From: Eledone cirrhosa
Lineage: Eukaryota
DNA length: 64,000 nucleotides
Reading direction: 5' to 3'
NCBI GenBank assembly: GCA_964016885.1
Contig: OZ024759.1
Coordinates: forward strand, 8,122,001-8,186,000
Both the position numbers and the translations under genes were made by a program. Positions 12,771 to 25,916 of this stretch are shown piece after piece. Below the pieces are notes generated by a model that was not told the DNA's origin, did not search any database, and saw only the letters and a program-made list of their open reading frames with translations. Each line of letters begins with the position of its first letter. The first letter of the stretch is position 1.

Positions 12771-13719
12771 ATCAACCGCGCTAATTTTGCGAGCATCTTA
12801 GCTTGCTTCAGAAATTTCCGTTGATCCCTGCGGTGCGGTGCGGTGCGGTGCGGTGCGGTGCGGTGCGGCGCGGCGCGGTGCGGTGTACGGTTGATTGTCA
12901 CACTTGGTGGTGAATTGATGCTTGTTTTATTCTCCCGCTGTCATCATATATTTTTTCTTCATTATATTTGTGAGGTTTATAGCAATAACTAATAGTATTT
13001 ATTATATTTGGTTTTTAAAAAATGAAGCAATACTAAGAGAAGGGTGGCGGTTCAATCTTCACAATAGACTCAGCAGATAGCCGAGAGTCCTACACGTGAT
13101 AGCGGTTGTACGGCACAAGCCCATAAAGTAGGGGATCTGACTGAGTGGTCGCATCTAAGACGTTGTCATGTGTGGAGTTTGTACAGATCCAGATGCTGCG
13201 ACTTCTGTGTCTATAAATCTTGTCTTGAACTGGCTATGCCCCTCTGCCATGCCAATGGTTTTTGGAAATTGTTCATAATCCCCGACCTGAAAGCCCTCCG
13301 GGAGAGCCTGTTCTCACTGCTGTCGTTAACACTCAAAACCGAATTCAGACCATCTCCACTGAAACCCTCCACTAACCCTCTACAGTTGGCAAGTGTCCTT
13401 TTCTGGTCATCTATCGTGTTATATTATTCAACTAATGAGGCCAATCTTGACCTACGCCTCACCCAGCTCGGTCAATGATACAAGCTAAAGACATGTATGT
13501 CGCAGGAAAGGAGCCAAAATTGTTTGGGCTTCCCTTTCCTTTGCCGTCGTCATTGCGGTACTTGGGGTTATAATCCCGCACCCTTAGTAATGGCAACCCG
13601 AGGAGGCCACATTATAGAGTGGACGTTTGTAACATCGATTTTCTGACCAGCCACTTCCACAAAAAGTGGGAGAGCATATGTGCTGTCTTTACCATCTTTA
13701 TTCTAGATGACAACGCTGG

Positions 13720-13761
<42 letters not shown>

Positions 13762-13924
13762 GGGGGGGAGGGCATGTACAAACGAAAGAAAAGAGCAGTT
13801 GTAAAGGAAAATTAAGCAACTACCAGTTAAATGTGGGTATACATATACACGCATGTGTATATATAAACGGCACAGTGCATAGAAGAAATATATTAGTTTA
13901 ACGCTTGAAATAGCAGGAAGAGAG

Positions 13925-13960
13925 TTTTACGTTTCGGACACAAATCCTTCGTCAGAAGAT
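13925..13960 (-). ncRNA. Minimal hammerhead-like core
   Basis: CTGACGA-A-GGA tttgtg TCC-GAAAC-GTA; palindromic stem III ACGT; stem I weak. Confidence 0.5.
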
Positions 13961-13993
13961 AGGGTTAGAAATTTATATATACATTATATATGT

Positions 13994-14908
13994 GACAAAA
14001 TCAGCAGTGGTGGAGGGTGCTCTGAAAGTACAGTAGCCAGAGTCAGAACGGGGTGGAAAAAGTTCAGAGAGCTTATACCGCTGTTGGCCGCTAAAGGTTT
14101 CTCTCTAAAAATGAAAGGCAAACTGTATGATGCCTGCATACGAACAGCAATGTTGCATGGCAGTGAGACCTGGGCATTGTGTGCAGAGGACCTGCGCAGA
14201 CTGGAAAGGAATGAAGCATGCATGCTCCGCTGGATGTGTAATAGTAATATACGTGAACGGCAAAGCATAAATGAACTAAGTGAGAAATTAGGAATAAGAG
14301 GGATCAGATGCTGTTTACTTGAGAGAAGACTACGTTGGTATGGTCACGTGATGCGCATGAAAGACGCAGGGCGATCAAAATTGATGGAAGTTACGGAGTA
14401 GGTAGACCCAGAGAAACCTGGGACAATTTGATAAATTCCGACCTTACACACTTACACCTCTCCAAGACAATGTCACTGGACCGAGATCTTTGGCGCTACA
14501 CAGTAATACAGAAGACCCGCCTTACCTAAGTACATAGTGAAACCTAGTCAATAGGCACCTCTTAACCAAATATATACCTCATCCCACTATCCCTACTCCC
14601 ACCAACACCACCCCTTTCACTGTAAAGTTATGTTGGTACCACAACATCCAGTCTGAAATAAATGAGGTCATGTAGGTAACACGACAAAAAAACACAGTCC
14701 ACGCTGTAATGTGGCCGTGTAGGTAACACGGTAAAAACCTCCCAGTCCACACTGTAAACGTGGTTGGTGTTAGGAAGGGCATCCAGCTGTAGAAAACCTC
14801 CCAGACAGTCCTGTGCGAGAAAGACAATCACTCTTGCCTTAAGTGGGACAAATTCCCGTCTAAACCCATGCTAGCGTGGAAGATGGACGTTAAACGATGA
14901 TGATGATG
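13994..14908 (+). mobile_element. RTE LINE 3' fragment with 3' UTR and (TGA)n tail
   Basis: KGKLYDACIRTAMLHGSETW...RRLRWYGHVMRM; GRPRETW. Confidence 0.9.
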
Positions 14909-14931
14909 ATATATATATATATATATATGTG

Positions 14932-14961
<30 letters not shown>

Positions 14962-14963
<2 letters not shown>

Positions 14964-15064
14964 ATGAAGGAAGTGTGGTAAGGAACCAGGTGGACCATAA
15001 CGCACTAGAGTACTCAATACTTTGGGTAGTAGAGTGGGTAATAGGAAAAGGTCCTGAACCTTTT

Positions 15065-15069
<5 letters not shown>
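14962..15069 (-). mobile_element. Penelope-type pLTR 3' fragment (family B) ending in a short hairpin
   Basis: Reverse of CTACCCTAAGTATTGAGTACTC...CCACCTGGTTCCTTACCAC; hairpin ATAGGAAAAGGT/ACCTTTTCCTAT. Confidence 0.7.
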
Positions 15070-15110
<41 letters not shown>

Positions 15111-15218
15111 TGTAATAAACAACATAAGACAATTATTCCATTTACCAAAGGTTTCACGAAGACAGACAAGCTTGACAGAGACGTCTGATGAGTGATTTCA
15201 GACATCTGTGTCGAGCTC

Positions 15219-15247
<29 letters not shown>

Positions 15248-15249
<2 letters not shown>

Positions 15250-15442
15250 GGAACCAGTAAGACCCCGACGGCTGAGCTCAAGCCGTTTTGACGGCTAATT
15301 CTGGTCCAAAATTAGCCGTCGAAACGGCTTGAGCTCAGCCGTCGGGGTCTTACTGGTTCCTATTACCCACTCTACTACCCTAAGTATTGAGTACTTTGGT
15401 GCGTTATGGTCCACCTGGTTCCTTACCACATTTCCTTCGTTA
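15248..15442 (+). mobile_element. Family B pLTR fold-back element with a half hammerhead
   Basis: Palindrome centred on stem II (GACGGCTAATT/AATTAGCCGTC), then GAAAC-GGC...GCC-GTC; flanked by (TA)n. Confidence 0.75.
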
Positions 15443-15546
15443 TATATATATATATATAATTAGAAAGTGAACAACATAAAATATAACTACTCTATTACCA
15501 AAGGTTTCTGGATCCTAGACAATCCAGACCATATTATTGTCTAGGA

Positions 15547-15612
15547 TCTGTCTGATGAACGATCCAGACGTATATTAATATTGTCTGGGATCCAGAAACC
15601 TTTGGTAATGGA
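15547..15612 (+). ncRNA. Type I hammerhead fold inside palindrome 15458-15645
   Basis: tctgt-CTGATGA-stem II (GATCC.AGAC/GTCT.GGATC)-GAAA-CC ttt GG-TA-atgga. Confidence 0.65.
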
Positions 15613-15708
15613 GTCATTATATATTGTGTTGTTCACTTTCTAATTAAATAGCTCTGTTCTATACATAGAGCACTCTCTTTTCCCTTCCTTTTTCTTTGGA
15701 ATTACTTA

Positions 15709-15746
<38 letters not shown>

Positions 15747-15754
<8 letters not shown>

Positions 15755-16339
15755 ATATGGGTGAGAAGAATACTGCTGGTTGCACATGGATAACATGTTA
15801 TAAAATCAGTCCCTCATCAGTGATTTACCAACGATCATGGGTATTTCATCGCATTAAAAATCATATACCTCACGTTGGAGCGATAATAACTAAAATAAGT
15901 TATTAGGACAATAGAACCGCGTAAAGCGAGTGAGACATGTAAACAACACAGGGGGGGGGGGGAAAGCTAACCGAAGATGGAAATAAACACAAGCAACGTA
16001 GTTATTCTTTCAGCGTAAGCTGTGTGAATATATGAGCGAGTTAGAAACAGACCTTTCGCTAGTGAATCCGGTGTTAGAAAGAATGAAAACCGTTTTCCCA
16101 GCGAACGGGAGGAAGAAAGAAGGGGAGAAACAGGGACTGAGTGAGTGGGAGTGCGAGGAAGAGGTCAGTAGAGAGAAAGTGTTAACTGACATGGCAGAGG
16201 GGACGAAAGAAAGTAAGAGAAACAGAGAGAACGAGGGAGCAGTAAGAGAGAAAGAGAGAAACACAGAATTGCAGTTTGGGTAAATATATGAAAATATGGG
16301 TGAGAAGAATACTGCTGGTTGCACATGGATAACATGTTT
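15747..16339 (-). mobile_element. Short non-coding element with 53-bp direct terminal repeats and a degenerate hammerhead core
   Basis: ATATGAAAATATGGGTGAGAAGAATACTGCTGGTTGCACATGGATAACATGTT at 15747 and 16286; CTGATGA on minus strand at 15814-15820. Confidence 0.6.
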
Positions 16340-16354
16340 GTATATATATATATA

Positions 16355-18232
16355 TATTGTTATACTTTGGGAGGGTCATGTTGCCAATAAGAAACACACG
16401 CACCAGTTGCTTTCACTTCAATTTATTATAAATTAAATTTATAAATTTAGGAATTTATAAATTTCCGGTTGGTTGGTTGGTTCCACAACCAGATGGTTGT
16501 TTATATATTGTCAAAGTTCTTTCGTCACACATTCTGTGACCTCTTCAGTGACTGGGGATTCTTTTCTTTGTTTTTGTGCCTCTCCTTTGTTCTGTCCGAC
16601 GCCATCTTGTTTTTGTGTGTGTGTTGTGTGCTTAGTCTGCGCATGTGTTACATCCGGGTGTCTGTGTGTGTTTATATTTGTTTATTTATTTGTTTGTTTA
16701 CATGTTACTGGTTGGTTGTTTGTTCTATGTGTGTGTGTTTGCATTTTGTCCTTAATTGTAAGTTGTGATGTTGCTATTCCATTCCTGTTTTCTATTTAAT
16801 TTTGGTTGGAGTTCATTTATGTTTATTGCCTCTGTGATTTGTCTAAACATTGCGTCTTTTCTGTGTGTAGATTCTATTTTTATTTCTATGTTCTCTAATT
16901 TACCCTTGTGTTCTATTTTAGCATGTTGGTAGGGTACAGATGATTCTTTACTATCTTGAAGGTCTCGCCAGTGTTCATTTATCCGTTCCCCTACACTACG
17001 AGCTGTCTCACCTATGTACACTATATTTTTGTCTCTACATTGTCCTTCGGTACATCTTATGCTATATACTACATTTCTAGTTTTACAGTTAATATGGGGG
17101 CTTAGTTTACAGATTATACATTTCTTATCTATACAGGGAGGTCTTTGAAAAGGGTATGTATTGCTAATAAGTGTTTTTATGGAGGTACCTGGTCTTTCTA
17201 CTATCTTAATATTAAGTTTATGTTTATCTAGGGCCCTTCTAAATTTGTAAGCTAATTCACCTCTAGGGGCTGTATTGATGAACATTACACTCTGATATTT
17301 ATTGCTATCATACCATGAGTTTATTCTATTAACCTTATTCCTATTTCTTTCTATTCTATTCCAAAATTTGCTCCTATACAAGGGGCAGGTCCCATTTGTA
17401 TCATTATTTACCATTTTTTCCCATTTAGTTCTAGCTCCTCTATATAGTCTGATCTTATCTCTCTGATTGTAACCAGAGAACTGCATACGGTGGATGAAGT
17501 GTTGTATGTGTCTCTCTAGTTCTTTGGGGTTGCACATGCGGGACACGTTTCTCATCACCCGTACTAAATCCACAATCAGTATGTTGATTTTGGTGTGGTC
17601 CGAAACAGCTGAGTTTCGGTGGATCAGATATTTGGAAGTCATGGGTTTGGCATAATGGAAATGGAGGATCTGTTTTTTGTTATTGATAGTATCTAACCAG
17701 AGCTCTGTGTCTAGTACAGGTAATCAATGGTTGGGGTGTTTGCTTGGGTAGTCTATAGTAACTCTAATACTCTGGTGGATGGAGTTAGCTATTTGCTGGA
17801 TGCTTTCCATGGTGTTTTTCTCTAATTCCTGATTGTTCTCTAGTGGGGGTATTTTTACTACAATGTTTATATCATCAACGTAGCGGGAGTACATTATCAG
17901 GGTTAAGAAGTTGCTGTCTTCTAATTGTTCTTTAAGTTTAAGTCTATTGTCCCACTATACTATGAATAGGTTAGCTATGTCACCTGCAATGCTAACACCA
18001 ATGGCTGCTCCCTCCTCTTGAACATGTGTTCCTTAAGGGTTAATTTTATACTGGCCCCCACCGCATGTACAATCATTTTCTTTAGTTCATCGTGGTTTTC
18101 GGGGGTCCGTATGGCTCTGGTCCACCCATTCCATCTATCTGTGTGGGTTTTCTTGGCCATTGAGGTAATGGTAGGTGGTCTGCGTCTTGCTGGTCTTGTA
18201 TGGCACAGGTTGCTAAGGTCATATGATTCTAG
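16355..18232 (-). mobile_element. Penelope-like retroelement, 5'-truncated (frameshifted RT plus GIY-YIG endonuclease) with 3' pLTR
   Basis: YSRYVDD RT motif near 17870; ORF 16752-17642 with C..C..C..C linker, NVVYSIRC...VYIGETARS..RINEH and ITEAININELQPKLN. Confidence 0.92.
16510..16552 (-). ncRNA. Minimal type I hammerhead in the Penelope pLTR
   Basis: gtca-CTGAAGA-G-GTCACA gaatg TGTGAC-GAAA-GAACTT-tgac. Confidence 0.72.
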
Positions 18233-18241
18233 ATAATTATT

Positions 18242-18415
18242 ACGGCAGAGCTCAAGCCGTTTCGACGGCTATTTCTGTCCAGAAATAACCGTTGAAACAG
18301 CTTGAGCTCTGCCGTTGGGGGTCATACTTTTTCCTATTACCCAATCTACTACCCTAAGTATTGAGTACTCTGGTGCGTTATGGTCCACCTGGTTCCTTAC
18401 CACACTTCCTTTGTT
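18242..18415 (+). mobile_element. Family B pLTR fold-back element
   Basis: Palindrome turning in stem II near 18277, followed by the TTGAGTACTC tail. Confidence 0.72.
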
Positions 18416-18543
18416 ATATATATATATATATACAGAGGTATCCACTGTAAGTTGTGGGATCTATTCTGTATGTTGAAAATGTTGTAGGTTAAGATAAATC
18501 TCAGAAAACAATAAAACATTAAAAGGAAAACAGAGTCATGATA

Positions 18544-18881
18544 TAAGTTAAAACAATGAAATAAAAAATCAAGTCATTAGAGATATACTTCACTGGTTTA
18601 CGATCGTTTCTCGGTGATGATAATACATTGTATCTATACTCAGTTATTGATCTATGTAAGTTTACAAACTATCAGATAGAGAGAATATTTACTTACATGC
18701 TTTTGAAAACAACTGGTGATATACCTGTAAGTAAATATTCTCTCTATCTGATAGTTTGTAAACTTACATAGATCAATAACCGAGTATAGATACAATGTAT
18801 TATCATTATCATCACCTAGAAACGATCGTAAAGCAGTGAAGTATATCTCTAATGACTTGATTTTTTATTTCATTGTTTTAA

Positions 18882-18886
<5 letters not shown>
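18544..18886. mobile_element. ~340-bp palindromic element with a hammerhead-like 3' half
   Basis: Arms of ~150 bp; gctt-TTGAAAA...GGTGAT/ATCACC...GAAAC-GATC-GTA-aagc (18699-18834). Confidence 0.65.
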
Positions 18887-18976
<90 letters not shown>

Positions 18977-19050
18977 TCATCATCATCGTTTTACGTCCGC
19001 TTTTCCCTGTTTGCAAGGGTGGGGAATATATATATATATAGTTATATATT

Positions 19051-19241
19051 TAGGAAAAGAGTCAGGACCCCGACGGCTGAGCTCCGGCCATTTCGACGGC
19101 TAGATCCGAACTATCGAAACGGCCGGAGCTCAACCTTTGTGGTCCTGACTCTTTTCCTATAACCCACACTACTACCCTAAGTATTGAGTACTCTGGTACG
19201 TTATGGTCCACCTGGTTTCTTACCACACCTTCCTTGTTTTA
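19051..19241 (+). mobile_element. Family B pLTR fold-back element
   Basis: TAGGAAAAGAGTCAGGACC/GGTCCTGACTCTTTTCCTA arms, centre in stem II. Confidence 0.72.
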
Positions 19242-19294
19242 TAAATATATATAGAGAGAGAATTAGAATTTTACCTCACCCTAGCACATATGTA

Positions 19295-20367
19295 TAACAA
19301 AGTGCAGGGCAATAAAGATAGACGGTAGCCACGGAGTAGGCAGACCCAGAAAAACCTGGGACGAGCTGATAAATTCCGACTTCACACACTTACACCTCTC
19401 CAAGACAATGTCACTGGACCGAGACCTTTGGCGGCACTCAGTAATAGAGAAGACCCGCGTTACCTAAATACAAAATACACCCCCGTCCCACCACCCCCAC
19501 CCCATCCACACCGCCCCTTTCAATGTAAAGTTATGTTGGTGCCACAACATCCAGGGCGAAACAAATGAGATCGTGTAGGTGTCACGACAAAAAACACACA
19601 GTCCACGCTGTAATGTGGCCGTGTAGGCAACACGGTAAAAACCTCCCAGACCCACACTGTAAATGTGGTTGGTGTTAGGAAGGGCATCCAACTGTAGAAA
19701 ACCCGCCAGACAGTCCACGCTGTAATGTGGCCGTGTAGGCAACACGGTAAAAACCTCCCAGACCCACACTGTAAATGTGGTTGGTGTTAGGAAGGGCATC
19801 CAGCTGTAGAAAACCCGCCAGACAGTCCACGCTGTAATGTGGCCGTGTAGGCAACACGGTAAAAACCTCCCAGTCCACACTGTAAATGTGGTTGGTGTTA
19901 GGAAGGGCATCCAACTGTAGAAAACCCGCCAGACAGTCCATGCTGTAATGTGGCCGTGTAGGCAACACGGTAAAAACCTCCCAGTCCACACTGTAAATGT
20001 GGTTGGTGTTAGGAAGGGCATCCAACTGTAGAAAACCCGCCAGACAGTCCACGCTGTAATGTGGCCGTGTAGGCAACACGGTAAAAACCTCCCAGACCCA
20101 CACTGTAAATGTGGTTGGTGTTAGGAAGGGCATCCAGCTGTAGAAAACCCGCCAGACAGTCCACGCTGTAATGTGGCCGTGTAGGCAACACGGTAAAAAC
20201 CTCCCAGTCCACACTGTAAATGTGGTTGGTGTTAGGAAGGGCATCCAGCTGTAGAAAACCCGCCAGACAGTCCTATGCGAGCAAGACAACCACTCTTGCC
20301 TCAAGTGGGAAAACTCCCATCCAAACCCATGCTAGCGTGGAACACGGACGTTAAACGATGATGATGA
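19295..20367 (+). mobile_element. RTE 3' end containing a ~111-bp tandem array (6 copies, 19600-20270)
   Basis: GRPRKTW codons, RTE 3' UTR, unit starting CAGTCCACGCTGTAATGTGGCC. Confidence 0.88.
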
Positions 20368-20370
20368 TAG

Positions 20371-20720
20371 TGAAGGTGCGTGGCTGCGTGGTAAGGGAAT
20401 TGGATTCGCAATCGTCAGGTTGTGAGTTCGATTCCTGGACCGGGCGATGCGTTATGTCGTTTATTTCACGTTGCTCCTTCTACTTAGATAGTATTAGCAA
20501 TTGGAAAGACAAACGGAAACATTGTTTCCTCGGTCCGATTTGACGAAAATCGATCGACACACACACACACACACACACAGTAAATATTATATTTAATTAT
20601 TGACGAGAATATTGAACGCCGTCTAGTTAATGCTGACCTCTGATGAAAGCCATTCCAACCGTGACCATCCTCCCATCCGCAATCACCTCTTATATACAAC
20701 AGTATCTAACGTGTGTCTCC
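20371..20720 (+). mobile_element. Old tRNA-derived SINE
   Basis: TGGCTGCGTGG A box and GAGTTCGATTCC B box. Confidence 0.65.
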
Positions 20721-20964
20721 CTCTTTATTAAGACGGTCAGGAGATGTAATCATTTCTTAATTTCCCTCCCTATTTTTTTTTATTTTAAGGTGTGATTTAT
20801 TTAACTGTTCTTTCTAGCATCTCACGTAGATACCGGGTTTGGCCGACTAGCTAATTATCTTAACGTATGGGTCCTTATTTTACTAAGACAGTGAGGTGGT
20901 GTGATATTTTCTCTTTCTTCCCCTCCCCTTTATTTATTTAAAGGTATAAATTAACTGTTATTTC

Positions 20965-21078
20965 TAAAATCCCGCCGAGGTTGACTTTACCTTTCATCCT
21001 TACGGGGTCGATAAAATAAAGTACCAGTAATACACTGGGTTATTGCTGGCCTTGTGCCTAAAGTAGAAACAGTTATTT
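20965..21078 (+). mobile_element. Meta-like SINE fragment
   Basis: Matches the 4870-4985 family. Confidence 0.78.
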
Positions 21079-21269
21079 CTAGCATGTCAGGTTAACTTAT
21101 CAGAAGTTATGTTGTAAGATATTTGGTTATTTCATCATCCAAGTCATTGTCACACGTGTCTGCCCTCTTTTCATGAAAACTGGAAATATTACTAGTCTCT
21201 AGTTGTATGTGGCCAACACGAGACATTTAAAGCTATTTCTTTAATGTTTCTAATTTGGACGAGTAATAA

Positions 21270-21765
21270 ATACATGTACACACATGCACACACTAACATA
21301 TACACTAACATATACACACGTACACACACTAATACATACACTAACATATACACACACTAACATATACACACTAATATATACACACACTAACATATACACA
21401 CGTGCACACACTAACATGTACACACTAACATGTACATAAACTAACATATACACACTAACATATACACACGTACACACACTAACACATGCACACTAACATA
21501 TACACACGTGCACACACTAACATGTACACACGTGCACACATGCACACACTAACATGTACACACTAACATGTACATAAACTAACATATACACACATGCACA
21601 CACTAACATATACACACGTACACACACTAACACATGCACACTAACATATACACACGTGCACACACTAACATATACACACGTGCATACACTAACACATACA
21701 CACGTGCACACACTAACATAAACACACGTACACACATATATATATATATACACACACACATACAT
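21270..21765. repeat. CACACTAACATATA-type low-complexity repeat
   Basis: Direct inspection. Confidence 0.88.
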
Positions 21766-21767
21766 AT

Positions 21768-22765
21768 GGTAGTATAGTGGTGTTGGTGGTGGTAGTATAG
21801 TGGTGTTGGTGGTGGTAGTATAGTGGTGTTGGTACTATAGAGGTGTTGGTGGTGGTAGTATAGTGGTGTTGGTACTATAGGTGTTGGTGGTGGTAGTATA
21901 GTGGTGTTGGTACTATAGGTGTTGGTGGTGGTAGTATAGTGGTGTTGGTGTTGGTACTATAGTGGTGTTGGTACTATAGGTGTTGGTGGTGGTAGTATAG
22001 TGGTGTTGGTACTATAGGTGTTGGTGGTGGTAGTATAGTGGTGTTGGTACTATAGGTGTTGGTGGTGGTAGTATAGTGGTGTTGGTACTATAGGTGTTGG
22101 TGGTGGTAGTATAGTGGTGTTGGTACTATAGGTGTTGGTGGTGGTAGTATAGTGGTGTTGGTACTATAGGTGTTGGTGGTGGTAGTATAGTGGTGTTGGT
22201 ACTATAGGTGTTGGTGGTGGTAGTATAGTGGTGTTGGTACTATAGGTGTTGGTGGTGGTAGTATAGTGGTGTTGGTACTATAGGTGTTGGTGGTGGTAGT
22301 ATAGTGGTGTTGGTACTATAGGTGTTGGTGGTGATAGTATAGTGGTGTTGGTGTTGGTACTATAGTGGTGTTGGTACTATAGGTGTTGGTGGTGGTAGTA
22401 TAGTGGTGTTGGTACTATAGGTGTTGGTGGTGGTAGTATAGTGGTGTTGGTGTTGGTACTATAGTGGTGCTGGTACTATAGAGGTGGTGGTAGTATAGTG
22501 GTGTTGGTACTATAGGTGTTGGTGTGGTAGTATAGTGGTGTTGGTGTTGGTACTATAGTGGTGTTGGTACTATAGTGGTGTTGGTGGTGGTAGTATAGTG
22601 GTGTTGGTACTATAGGTGTTGGTGGTACTATATGGTGTTGGTGGTGGTAGTATAGTGGTGTTGGTACTATAGGTGTTGGTGGTGGTAGTATAGTGGTGTT
22701 GGTACTATAGGTGTTGGTGGTGGTAGTATAGTGGTGTTGGTACTATAGGTGTTGGTGGTGTTGGC
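21768..22765. repeat. 38-bp minisatellite GGTGTTGGTGGTGGTAGTATAGTGGTGTTGGTACTATA
   Basis: Direct inspection. Confidence 0.93.
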
Positions 22766-23245
22766 GGCGAGGAAGATGTTGACGGTGGCTAAACATCGTA
22801 GAAGATCGCTAGAAATAGCAGCCAAATGACTGGAATTAGAAATCCCATGCTACGCTAGTACTACGGCATTAGTTAATAGGGGACAGGATGATGTAATAAA
22901 ACAGATGGACCTTTCATTATATATTCAGTTCCTTCAGAGCTAAACATAGGATGCACTTAATATATAAACCCAAATATTTGCTGGCAAAACCAGAACATTT
23001 AAAAAATATTTTCTTAAATCTCCTTATTAAACAAAGATGGTCAAACGAAGAAGGAGGCAAATTTTACCGATCTTAAATGATTCTGCCGCAACTGAGATCC
23101 TTTACAACCGCCACTATAACATCTCCAAAACAGACAGAAAGAAAGTGTACACAATATATACACTATATACTATATATATATATATATATACACTATATAC
23201 TATATATATATATATATATACACTATATATACTATATATATATAT

Positions 23246-23388
23246 AGTAAAAATAATAAATTTGAAGACTAAAATCCAAAGAGGGCTCCATAAGGATAAA
23301 TATATATCAAATATATAAGAACCGTAGAGCAAATATTTATTAAAATAACAGATTAAAGTTTAAGCAAAGAATCGCTGCTTTCACTCTT
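23246..23388 (-). mobile_element. Family C pLTR-like fragment
   Basis: Shared with 27602-27810, 37410-37595, 40795-40868 and 26245-26302. Confidence 0.7.
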
Positions 23389-23411
23389 GTACACACATAT
23401 ATATATATGTA

Positions 23412-23470
<59 letters not shown>

Positions 23471-23511
23471 ATATATATATGTGTGTGTGAGTATATATAT
23501 ATGTGCGTGTG

Positions 23512-23556
<45 letters not shown>

Positions 23557-25605
23557 ATGAGTGTATATATATATATATGAGTGCGAGTGTGTGTATAATG
23601 CAGAAGTCAGTTGAAGAACGATGTTGAAGGTTGTTTTATTTGGTAAAATTACTGCATCAGATAAATGAAATACTTGTATTATTACAATAAACCTTTATAA
23701 AAATCTACATATTTTCGATATTGAAGTCATGCTGGGGTACACACGTTGCCTTTTAATCTCCGTTCACAAACCCCCTCCAAATTAAATAATATAATTGCCA
23801 CTTTGAATACGTGTTTGATCGAGTTACTCTAGATTAATCGATCACCCCTGCAAATACCATATTGATAGATTCCTTTCATATATATGTATAGATAGATTAT
23901 AGACACACAAACGAGGGTAGACTGAGAACTTCCATAGACTAACTGTGAAAGAGTGATGCTAGAGCCATGAAATCTTGCATGCATTAATTTCAACTCTTAT
24001 TAATAACTGCATTGTTTCTTTCCAAAGACTATGTTGAAAAATAAACCTCATTTGGTCATTCCATGAGGTGTGTGGTGCGGTGCGGTGTGGCGTGGTGTGG
24101 TGTGAGGCCACAGAAAGAAATCTTGGTAATACAATGAAACGTGATTGTCCGAATAGTAATAGTTGATCATTTTGCCTTACGGAGTCGATAAAATAAAGTA
24201 CCAGTAATGTAGGGGTTAATTGCTGGCCTTGTGCCAAAAGTAGAAACAATTATATATATAATAGTTACTAAAATACCCTCTGTATAGTGTATATATTGTT
24301 GCGGCCGTGATGCCAAGAAGAAACCCCCCAATCGAGCATGTTTCATCGAAAATCTCCATTAGAACATTTTTTTAATTAAAGATGGGTAAAAGGATGTATA
24401 AAACGAAAAAAAAAAGAAACGAAAGAATTAAATTTGAAAAAATAATAATAATAAATGTTGAAAGACCGGCTAAAATATATTTCCTTAAAGAAGCGCCTCC
24501 TGTAAACGTGGTCGTTGGACCTGCTAGAAAGAGCAGTAGCCCTCCTCAAAACGACAACCCGAAAATTCCCTAAAAAATTACATATCCTTGTTATCTTAAT
24601 TGAAACGCATTAAAGATAAGCATACCTCTACAACTGACGGGACGGTCACGGTAGGAATGTCAGGGGTTGGACGTATGATGATGTGTATTGTTTTAAAAAA
24701 ACGAAGACGTGTTCTTATATCATTCATATTTAAGACTGCCCCGGTCACCATGACAGGATTTTCTCTATGTTACGAAATAGTGATGAAATTTCTAACGATA
24801 GGGAAATTAAATTTAAACTATTATTACTGCTATAACTAGCTACACTCTTATGAAATCCCATCCTATGTGAATGAACATATGTGGTATATCATGTAACGAT
24901 CACGAGTGTATTATATTATAAGCTGTACAGCTATAGATATATATCTCTCTTTCTCTCTCTTCTTAATCACTTCGCATCTTAAAATGAACAGCTTTCTACT
25001 AAGACCACATCAGATCACTTCTATATGAAATTGAAAGGAAAGGGTGAAAGGACAGAATCGGAGGGGGTGGATCATTTAAAAAGATATATTTCGGTAACCC
25101 TAAAAGATATATAATTATAAGCTTACCTATAACAGGAGAGAGATGTTTACGCGCCAAGTGCAGACTGCCTTTTAAGACCTGTACAAATAAATACAATTAA
25201 ATCTTGTGCGCATGTGTTCTAACATAAACAGTTACTTTTAATACATAAATAGGTGTATATTTGATAATTGTTTTAAATATATTATATATAATACAGATAT
25301 AGGTGTTTATTTGATAATTGTTTTAAATATATTGTATATAATATATATTACATACATACATAAATTTATACACATACATATATACGTACATAAATACATA
25401 TATATATATACATTTATACACGTAAACACACATACATATATACATAAATACATATATATATATATATTCACACACACATATATACACATTCACACACATA
25501 CATATATACATACAAATATACATACATACATATATACATACAAATATATACCTACATGCACACATATATATATACATACATAAATACATATATACACATT
25601 CACAC

Positions 25606-25656
<51 letters not shown>

Positions 25657-25873
25657 CATATATACGTACATACACATACATATATACACATACACAAACA
25701 CATACACTTTGTTTCAGTCTAATTAGACCGTTGCCATGATGCTAGGGCACCGCTTCCCTCTCTTTCTCTTTCTCCCCCCCCCCTCTCTCAACTCACTCTT
25801 CTTCCTCCAAGCGTTAAACCAATACACTTCATGTTATTGCATCTTCTTGTTTGTTTGTTTCTTGTTACCTTGA

Positions 25874-25916
<43 letters not shown>

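Noticed and set aside
15107-15221. Complete hammerhead at CTGATGA 15185
   Set aside because: The core is on the + strand while the GAAAC...GGTA half is on the - strand; a rearranged fold-back remnant, not a full fold
20639-20651. CTGATGAAAG as a hammerhead core
   Set aside because: No stem II or stem III/NUH; lies within an old SINE
24382-25196. Short ORFs as host exons
   Set aside because: No recognisable domain or supportable splice structure
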